A DNA stretch of 64,000 nt, taken from assembly GCA_965231055.1 (NCBI GenBank), contig OZ246411.1:409875-473874 (forward strand), given 5' to 3'. Below the pieces are notes generated by a model. It did no database searches. It saw nothing but the letters and a program-made list of their open reading frames with translations, and was not told the origin of the DNA. Position 1 is the stretch's first letter, and every line of letters starts with the position of its first letter. This stretch comes from an uncultured Candidatus Saccharibacteria bacterium (lineage in GTDB: Bacteria; Patescibacteriota; CALEFQ01; G965231055). A program made the translations under genes and the position numbers. Positions 57,176 to 64,000 of this stretch are shown here, in pieces.

Positions 57176-58468
57176 ATGAAGTGTAAAGTGAAAAGAATTA
57201 CATCAATCTCGCTGTCTATCTTGATTATTGCTAGTTTTTTTAGTTTTTCACCCGCAAATGCGAGCTCTAGTAAGCTCTTGGACGAATTTGAAAACTCAGT
57301 CGTGGTAAAAGATGGAGATGTGATAAAGGGTGAGAATCTGAAAAACGGAGACTATCGTGTTTATAAAATCGATTTAAGTACGGGTTATCAGCTCAGGGTG
57401 TTTGGCAAGGGGAGTGGTAAAAAAGGAATTTCTTCTGATTTTAGAATCTCACTTTATGATAGAGATGGAAATATGCTTTCTTCTATGAAGGATCTTGCCG
57501 ATGGAGAAAAAATAGTAGAAGCGTATTATTACAAGGGGTATGTTTCTCTTGGCACTTCGTTTCAGAAAAATGAGAAGGAAACTGTTTTTATTGTTTTGGA
57601 ATGTGCTGTGGGAACCTATCAATCAGTCATAGAAGATTATGATTTTCAAGTTGCAACTATTGATAGAACTGATATTGATTTATTAAAGGATGCTGGTGAT
57701 AGTGTGGATAATGCATTGGTTGTAGATTTGGAAAATCCTAAAGGAGCTTTTCCAAACAATTTTTTGGGATACAATAAATGTGGAAAGAGCAAGTTTTGTT
57801 CAAATGATGAGCAAGATTTTTTCAAATTCAATCTGAATACCGGCGAGAAGATAAAGATTACTATCAAACCATCGTCTTCATTGGGTATTGAAGGATATCT
57901 TCAAGATGCAAATGGGATCAATCTCAAATCTTTTGATAAATTGGATAACTCAAATAGTATCACTACCGAATACGAAAGTGTTTCCAATTCACCAGTCTAT
58001 GTGAAACTTGTAGGCAATGGTTTTGGTTCTTATTCACTCGAGTATCAAAAGCTCAAGGATCAGGATGCTGTGGACTCAGATAATTCTGGGGAAAAGGATG
58101 ATGCTGTTTTCGGAGCCATACTCAAGGCAGGAAAAAGCTGGTTTCAAAAGTATTGGATATATATTTTGATTATAATAATTTTAATTGTTGCTGTGTTTAC
58201 CGGATTATTCTTTACTAGAAAATTCAAAAAAAGAACCGTGAGAGGTGTGATATTGAGTGAAATGATAAAGCAAAGAGCCAAGGGGCAGGGAATAGCTAGT
58301 GTTGAAGAAAAACCTAGTCCGGTGAAACAAATGGAACCCAAAAAAGAAAATAGTGCTGTGGTTGCAGATGAGGTTCGCGAAAAAGATGCGACTACTCAAA
58401 ATAATGATCAGGGCATAGAAAAAACATCATTAGGCGAGCGCAAGCCAATCGAATACAAAAATCAATAA
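57176..58468 (+). CDS. secreted single-pass membrane protein (signal peptide, about 300-aa ectodomain, C-terminal TM, charged cytoplasmic tail)
   Basis: N-terminal signal MKCKVKRITSISLSILIIASFFSFSPANA; C-terminal TM YWIYILIIIILIVAVFTGLFF followed by a K/E-rich tail. Confidence 0.75.
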   Translation: MKCKVKRITSISLSILIIASFFSFSPANASSSKLLDEFENSVVVKDGDVIKGENLKNGDYRVYKIDLSTGYQLRVFGKGSGKKGISSDFRISLYDRDGNMLSSMKDLADGEKIVEAYYYKGYVSLGTSFQKNEKETVFIVLECAVGTYQSVIEDYDFQVATIDRTDIDLLKDAGDSVDNALVVDLENPKGAFPNNFLGYNKCGKSKFCSNDEQDFFKFNLNTGEKIKITIKPSSSLGIEGYLQDANGINLKSFDKLDNSNSITTEYESVSNSPVYVKLVGNGFGSYSLEYQKLKDQDAVDSDNSGEKDDAVFGAILKAGKSWFQKYWIYILIIIILIVAVFTGLFFTRKFKKRTVRGVILSEMIKQRAKGQGIASVEEKPSPVKQMEPKKENSAVVADEVREKDATTQNNDQGIEKTSLGERKPIEYKNQ

Positions 58469-59463
58469 TGGAGAGAAATTTTCGTTTAGATAAAATTAGA
58501 TTTACTGAGAATTCAGCCGCTTCAGATAAAGACAAGGAGAGTATTTTGAATTGGAGGGGGCGTGTGTTTAGAGAACAAAAACAACTAACATTTAAGGGTG
58601 AAGATGGAAAAGAGGTGAATTTGGATGATTTTGAAGTTGAAAAAAATTCAAAACAAAAAGAATTAATAGGATTAGCAAACGCTAGAACTAATGATGTTTT
58701 AAAAGAATATGGATTCAACGAATTCGATATATCTGACAAAAATGTTCATGTTGTAAGTTATGATCAGTTTAAAAGAGTAGGTGGTTTTTATTCGTGTCTA
58801 AAACAGGCCATTTTATTGAAAGATTCATTGGGGTCAGATGCTAGTTTTTATATAATGGTTTTTCATGAAATGATTCATCTGAAATCCTTTCATTCAGCAT
58901 TGATCGATATAAAAAGAGAAGCTAAGGAATTTAATCCATTTCTTTGGACGGTAGGTCTATCAACTCATAATTATGACAAAGATAGTGGTGTTTTGAATCC
59001 ACTAAATGAAGCTGTCGTGTCTGAACTTGAGAAAGCTGAGTATCAAAGACTTAGATCGCATACTGATTTTAAGAAAAGTTTTGAGGTAACTAGTCTTGAG
59101 CTGAAAAATCCCAATAGTTTCATCAGAAACATTGATGATGCAGAAATGCCAGGCAAGCTTTTCGCTAACAGGCCTGAGGATATATTGTTTTTTGATCCAG
59201 AGGATAATAGTTTTAATGTACTAGGCTATCCCAGAGAAAGGAGAATTTTAGGCAGGTTAGTGGATAAGATTTTTAGTGAAAATAAAGACTATTACAAAAA
59301 AAGAAAACAAGCTTTTGACCAGTTTGTGGTGACTATGTTAGGAGGAGATATGAGGCCGTTAACTCAATTTATAGAAAAAACATACGGAAAAGGTTTTTTG
59401 AGAAAATTGGCAAAAGCGGGCAATAATTTGGATGAACTGGAGAGACTTGTCGCAACGGAATAG
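58468..59463 (+). CDS. HExxH-motif protein (putative zinc metallopeptidase-like), translationally coupled (TAATG overlap)
   Basis: FHEMIHL motif; start overlaps the previous stop by 1 nt. Confidence 0.6.
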   Translation: MERNFRLDKIRFTENSAASDKDKESILNWRGRVFREQKQLTFKGEDGKEVNLDDFEVEKNSKQKELIGLANARTNDVLKEYGFNEFDISDKNVHVVSYDQFKRVGGFYSCLKQAILLKDSLGSDASFYIMVFHEMIHLKSFHSALIDIKREAKEFNPFLWTVGLSTHNYDKDSGVLNPLNEAVVSELEKAEYQRLRSHTDFKKSFEVTSLELKNPNSFIRNIDDAEMPGKLFANRPEDILFFDPEDNSFNVLGYPRERRILGRLVDKIFSENKDYYKKRKQAFDQFVVTMLGGDMRPLTQFIEKTYGKGFLRKLAKAGNNLDELERLVATE

Positions 59464-59471
59464 TGATAATC

Positions 59472-59500
59472 AAAAGCGCGGGATATCCCGCGCCTTTTTT
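59472..59500. terminator. bidirectional intrinsic terminator (perfect palindrome) between convergent 58468..59463 and thrS
   Basis: AAAA GCGCGGGAT ATCCCGCGC CTTTTTT. Confidence 0.85.
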
Positions 59501-59515
59501 GTATAAGTTTTGGCG

Positions 59516-61249
59516 TTATTTTTTTTCTTTTATTTCTTCTTTTATTTTGTGAATAAAGGTTTCGAGTTTTAAAACCTCCTGCTCTTCTTTTTCTCTGGAG
59601 TTTATCGTGATTGTATTTTCCTGTTTTTCTTTTTCTCCAACGATTAGAATGTATGGAGTTTTTTGCATTTTGGCTTTTCGGATTCTTTTTCCTAAAGACT
59701 CACTTTCATTGCTAATTTCTACTCTGATTTCATTATCTAGCAGCTCTGTGTAAATCTTTTTAGCGTAATCATCGAATTTTTCTGAAACAGGTAGGATAGC
59801 TACTTGAACAGGGGAGAGCCAGACTGGAAAGGCACCTGCAAAATGCTCTATGAGTAGGGCTAAAAATCTTTCGTAGGATCCTAGTATTGCTCGATGAACC
59901 ATGACTGGTGCAATTCTTTCTCCTTTTTCATTGATGTACTCAAGGCCAAACCTTTTTGGTGTTGCAAAATCAATTTGAACTGTTGGGATTTGAATCTCTC
60001 TTCCGGTAGCATCGCGAAACATAAAATCCAATTTTGGACCGTATAGCGCAGCTTCGCCTTCACATCTTTTTGCGTCCAGTTTCATTTCATTTGAGATATC
60101 TTCAAGAATTTTTTCACATTCATCCCAATCCTTGGTTTCTCCTATATATTTTTCTGGATGATCATAGTCACGAACTGAGAGTGAAACCCAATGATTTCCC
60201 CAAAGACCAATGGCAGAATAAAAATCTTTTATAATATTGACCATGTTTCTTATTTCGTCCTTGACTTGCTCAACTGTGCAAAAAGAATGCCCGTCTTCTA
60301 TTGTTATGGCGTAAACTCGTGATAATCCTCCGACTTCGCCAGTTTTTTCGGCTCGATATTGTTTATCTGATTCCATGTATCTTATTGGTAGATCTTTGTA
60401 TGATCTCATTTGTGAGGCATAGATCTGTGTGTGGTGGGGGCATTGAACTGGTTTTAGTACAAAGTCGTGTTTTTTTTCTGATGTGACATGGAAGAGCTCA
60501 TCGCCAAATTTTTTGGCATGTCCCGAAGTTTCAAAAAGCTCCTCTTTTGCCAATGATGGCGCGGAAACTTTTTGAAAACCGTATTTTCTGCAAACACCTT
60601 CAATGTGTTTTTGTAGCTCTTCTTTGATTACTGTTCCTTTTGGAGTGTAAAGTGGTAGACCTGGTCCAACTAAATCTGAAAAACAAAATAAATCAAGGTC
60701 TTTACCAATTTTTCGATGATCTCTTTTTGATGCTTCTTCGATCATTTTCAGATAAGTAGCGAGCTCTTTTTTATTTTCAAAAGCCGTGCCGTAAATGCGC
60801 TGGAGCATCTTGTTTTTTTCGTCTCCTCTCCAGTATGCACCTGCTATTGAAAGCAATTTGAAACTTTTTATTTCCCTTGTTGAGTCTATGTGTGGTCCCG
60901 TGCATAGATCAACGAAATTTCCAGTTTTATAGATGCTTACTTTATCGTCTTTTATCTCTTCTAGCAGCTCAACCTTGTATGGCTGTTTAGCTTTTTTGAA
61001 AAGTTCAATAGCTTCTTTTCTGTCCATTTGAGCTTGCTCAAAGGGCAAATTCTTTTTTATGATTTCCTGCATTTTTTCTTCAATGATTTTTAGATCTTCG
61101 GGAATCAGGGTTCTTGGCAAATCAAAATCATAGTAAAATCCCTCATCGGTTGATGGGCCTATTGCAAATTTGGCATCTGGAAACATTTCAAACACGGCTG
61201 ATGCAAGCACGTGAGATGTCGAATGTCTTAGGGTTGATAGATTTTTCAT
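59516..61249 (-). CDS. thrS: threonine--tRNA ligase (catalytic plus anticodon-binding domains; short N-terminus)
   Basis: second additional domain (TLRHSTSHVLA), class II motifs (HRAILGSYERF), C-terminal anticodon-binding domain. Confidence 0.9.
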   Translation of the reverse strand: MKNLSTLRHSTSHVLASAVFEMFPDAKFAIGPSTDEGFYYDFDLPRTLIPEDLKIIEEKMQEIIKKNLPFEQAQMDRKEAIELFKKAKQPYKVELLEEIKDDKVSIYKTGNFVDLCTGPHIDSTREIKSFKLLSIAGAYWRGDEKNKMLQRIYGTAFENKKELATYLKMIEEASKRDHRKIGKDLDLFCFSDLVGPGLPLYTPKGTVIKEELQKHIEGVCRKYGFQKVSAPSLAKEELFETSGHAKKFGDELFHVTSEKKHDFVLKPVQCPHHTQIYASQMRSYKDLPIRYMESDKQYRAEKTGEVGGLSRVYAITIEDGHSFCTVEQVKDEIRNMVNIIKDFYSAIGLWGNHWVSLSVRDYDHPEKYIGETKDWDECEKILEDISNEMKLDAKRCEGEAALYGPKLDFMFRDATGREIQIPTVQIDFATPKRFGLEYINEKGERIAPVMVHRAILGSYERFLALLIEHFAGAFPVWLSPVQVAILPVSEKFDDYAKKIYTELLDNEIRVEISNESESLGKRIRKAKMQKTPYILIVGEKEKQENTITINSREKEEQEVLKLETFIHKIKEEIKEKK

Positions 61250-61580
61250 GGTTTAAATTAAGTTATAAGTATTCGCGAATAAATAAAAAATTCTCGCTCC
61301 AAAGTTAAACTTTTTTAACATTGGAACGAGAATTCTATCTCGCGGTTCCATCCAATTTCTCACCACTCTGAGATTTAGTGATAAGCTTCTTTATTTATTG
61401 CAATTGCTCCGCGGGTGGTATGAAATAGGGGATTGTCGCAAAAGCTTTCAGTCTCGGCTCTTGCTCCCTTTGACAATTCATCCTTGTTTCACTTGTCCCA
61501 CTGACACGTTGTTAGCTTAGCATAATGCTAAAAGTTTTTCAATACAGTATTTGGTAATTAAAAAAGAAATAGAAGAATAC
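61250..61580 (-). promoter_or_regulatory. T-box-like riboswitch leader of thrS (T-box motif plus terminator/antiterminator)
   Basis: on the minus strand: AAATTGGATGGAACCGCGAG (plus 61339-61357) matches the T-box consensus AAUUAGGGUGGNACCGCGG with a UGGA bulge; mutually exclusive antiterminator (GGAAC/GTTCC + CGAGA/TCTCG) and a 19-bp terminator hairpin (plus 61289-61334) followed by UUUUUUAUUU about 30 nt before the thrS ATG; candidate Thr specifier ACC in cauACCAcc. Confidence 0.65.
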
Positions 61581-63998
61581 TTATGTCACATTTCCTTCTC
61601 CCACAATACCCTCAAGGTTTTTTGTGAGCGAAAAAGTTTTATCAACTCTGAAGTTGGTTTCTATTTTACTGAATTTGTTTTCACCCTTAGGGATTAGTAG
61701 CGCCACTTTGTGGACCCCGCTTTTCGCAGATTTAAGAGAGCTTTTTATTTCTTCCAAAAGTTTGGGTGGGCATTTTTCAGGCACCTTTATGTAGATGTAT
61801 TCGGTGTGCACATTTGTTGAATAGATTTTTTGTGCTTTTCTGTATCTCTCAAATTTGTGCATCAATTCTTCGTTTAGCTCCCTTGTATTATCAGCTAGTA
61901 TATTTGGCATCCCGTCTTTTACGCTGATTTTGCCCTCTACTATGATCATATTATCTTCTCTCCAATGTTCCTTGGTTTTTTCAAATACAGACGGAAATAC
62001 TACGACCTCTATCGTCGAAGATAGATCTTCTATTTGAGCAAAAGCCATGGGCTGACCTTTTTTGGTTGTTATTTGTTTTAGTCTTGTGACTATTCCAGAA
62101 ACTCTAACTCCTTTTTTGTCGTGATTTGTCGTGATTTCTGAAATTTTCAATGCATACTCTTCCAAAAAATCTTTATAAGTAGTTAGTGGATGCGCAGAAA
62201 CATAAAGTCCGAGGTATTGTTTTTCCCAGCTTAGTTTTGTTTTATTGTCTGCCACCTCAGCTACTTCTAATTTAAGTTTTGGTCCAGATGATGAAGTGGA
62301 TCCTCCAAACAAGTCCACCTGACCTCCTGATTTGGCTTTGTGTGAAACCTTTGCGTATTCTAGAATGCTTTGAAGGTTGTGTAGGAGCTGATTTCTTTCT
62401 CCCATTTTTTCAAGTGCCCCTGCTTTAACCAAACTTTCAATCGATTTTTTATTGAAATCCTTGCTGTTTATTCTTGTGATAAAGTTATCCAGATCTGAAA
62501 ATCTTCCATTGGCTTTTCTTTCTTTTGTTACAGCTTTGATTATTCCTTCTCCAACATTTTTTATAGCACCAAGCCCAAATCGTATTGCTGGATTTGGTTT
62601 TTTGTTTGGATACTTTTCCCTGAATTCTTTGAGTAGCAAAGTGTCACCGTTTTCGAAAAGATGTACTACGGTAAAATCTCTGAAGCTTTCATTGATATCT
62701 GGGGGTAATATTTTTATTTTCATTGCGCTGGCCTCAGAAACCTCTATAGCTATTCTGTCTGCGTTTCCTTGATCAGATGTCATGAGTGCAGCCATAAATT
62801 CAGCGGGGTAGTGAGCTTTGAGATACGCTGTTTGATATCCAATCATCGCATAGCATGCTGCGTGAGCTCTGTTGAATCCATATCTAGCAAATGGTTCAAT
62901 GAAATTCCATATTTTTTCTGCGGTTTCTTTTTTTATATCATTTTTGACCATTCCGTCTATAAGTTTTTTCTTTTGTTCATCCAAAAGTTTCTTGATCTTT
63001 TTTCCCACAGCTTTTCGGAGTACGTCAGCTTGACCATATGTAAAACCTCCAAGACTTCTTGCGATTTGTAGCACTTGTTCTTGAGTTACGATAATTCCGT
63101 AGGTGCTTTTTAGTATTGGTTCTAGTTTTGGATGTAGGTACGTAATCTTTCTTCTCCCATGTTTTCCATCAATAAAATCAGGAATACTGTCCATAGGACC
63201 TGGCCTATAAAGAGCTACCATTGAGATAATATCTTCAAACACAGTAGGTAGTAATTGTTTGAGATAGCGTTTCATACCCGCGCTTTCTAGCTGAAATATT
63301 CCAGTAGTTTTTCCTTCCTGAAAAATTTTGTATGTAGTTTCGTCATCGAGTGGTATGTCGTGAATATCTATTTTTACATCTCTAGCCTTTTCAATAATTT
63401 CGATTGCGTTTTGGATGATGGTAAGGTTTTTGAGTCCCAAAAAGTCCATCTTGAGTATTCCTATTTCGTCTAGAGGATTGAGGGAGTACTGAGTTATAAC
63501 AGAATCATCATCTTGGCTTGCTTTTTGTAGTGGGGTGTATTCTGTGAGTGGTTTAGGGGTAATAACAACTCCGCAGGCATGCACTGAGGCATGTCTCGCA
63601 ACTCCTTCTAGCTTGCTTGCGTAATCCAGTAGTTTTTTTGCTTGAGGATCAGAATTATAAAGTTCTTTCAATTCTTTGACTTGCTCTAGCGCGTCCTTCA
63701 GGGAAGTGAACATGGGAATAAGCTTTGCCATCTTGTCACAAAAATCATAAGGAAATCCCAGAGCTCTTCCTGCGTCTCGCAAAGCAGCGCGTGCCGCCAT
63801 GGTTCCAAAAGTAATAATCTGTGCTACATGATCTCTGCCGTATTTGGAAGCTACGTATTGAATCACCTCATCTCTTCTGTGGTCAGCGAAGTCGGTATCA
63901 ATGTCAGGCATTGATATACGTTCTGGATTTAGAAATCTTTCAAAAAGTAGATTGTACTTGATGGGATCCATGTCAGTGATTCTTGTGAGGTACGACAC
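61581..63998 (-). CDS. dnaE: DNA polymerase III alpha subunit, C-terminal portion (N-terminal part lies beyond the window edge)
   Basis: polymerase palm/fingers motifs (DIDTDF, GRALGFPY), HhH, OB fold; ORF still open at the window end. Confidence 0.9.
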   Translation of the reverse strand: MSYLTRITDMDPIKYNLLFERFLNPERISMPDIDTDFADHRRDEVIQYVASKYGRDHVAQIITFGTMAARAALRDAGRALGFPYDFCDKMAKLIPMFTSLKDALEQVKELKELYNSDPQAKKLLDYASKLEGVARHASVHACGVVITPKPLTEYTPLQKASQDDDSVITQYSLNPLDEIGILKMDFLGLKNLTIIQNAIEIIEKARDVKIDIHDIPLDDETTYKIFQEGKTTGIFQLESAGMKRYLKQLLPTVFEDIISMVALYRPGPMDSIPDFIDGKHGRRKITYLHPKLEPILKSTYGIIVTQEQVLQIARSLGGFTYGQADVLRKAVGKKIKKLLDEQKKKLIDGMVKNDIKKETAEKIWNFIEPFARYGFNRAHAACYAMIGYQTAYLKAHYPAEFMAALMTSDQGNADRIAIEVSEASAMKIKILPPDINESFRDFTVVHLFENGDTLLLKEFREKYPNKKPNPAIRFGLGAIKNVGEGIIKAVTKERKANGRFSDLDNFITRINSKDFNKKSIESLVKAGALEKMGERNQLLHNLQSILEYAKVSHKAKSGGQVDLFGGSTSSSGPKLKLEVAEVADNKTKLSWEKQYLGLYVSAHPLTTYKDFLEEYALKISEITTNHDKKGVRVSGIVTRLKQITTKKGQPMAFAQIEDLSSTIEVVVFPSVFEKTKEHWREDNMIIVEGKISVKDGMPNILADNTRELNEELMHKFERYRKAQKIYSTNVHTEYIYIKVPEKCPPKLLEEIKSSLKSAKSGVHKVALLIPKGENKFSKIETNFRVDKTFSLTKNLEGIVGEGNVT

Positions 63999-64000
63999 AA

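Overview
This 64-kb window comes from a low-GC (about 35%), tightly packed chromosome with most genes on the + strand. The gene content suggests a reduced-genome, single-membrane organism, possibly Patescibacteria/CPR-like; that attribution is inference. Supported content, in order: (1) a 1147-aa N-terminally anchored repeat protein, then a complete secretin-less type IV pilus operon: pilM-pilN-pilO, a small TM ORF, pilB, a CheY-like REC, pilT, pilC, the major pilin, the prepilin peptidase, three minor pilins and a PilX-like protein. (2) ligA, gatC-HD-gatA, and a CCA-adding enzyme preceded by a structured leader. (3) Three tRNAs: initiator tRNA-fMet, tRNA-Asp(GTC), and a second CAT tRNA that is either Met or Ile2. 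(4) Three tandem divergent pseudo-receiver (REC-like) paralogs, two of which carry duplicated terminators. (5) rmuC. (6) A translationally coupled operon: alpha/beta hydrolase, membrane-anchored MurF-like Mur ligase, DegT-family aminotransferase, FemAB-family transferase. (7) A UvrD-like helicase fused to a Cas4/AddB-like Fe-S nuclease. (8) pheS-pheT. (9) A three-member family of N-anchored extracellular proteins, two flanking gyrB. (10) secE-nusG-rplK-rplA. (11) P-loop kinase, dCMP deaminase, a ThyA-like protein with a long N-terminal extension, and tmk. (12) gatB, yjbQ, apt, mtnP. (13) A roughly 1.3-kb GC-rich ORF-free island bounded by terminator hairpins on both strands, which I read as candidate structured ncRNA genes. 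(14) miaA, a membrane protein, miaB. (15) A secreted-protein/HExxH-protein gene pair. (16) thrS preceded on the minus strand by a T-box-like leader (T-box motif plus terminator/antiterminator). (17) The C-terminal part of dnaE. Two dispersed intergenic repeat families recur: TTAGAAG/CTTCTAA iteron-like inverted repeats and TTCAGT-rich inverted repeats. I saw no CRISPR array, rRNA or obvious mobile element.
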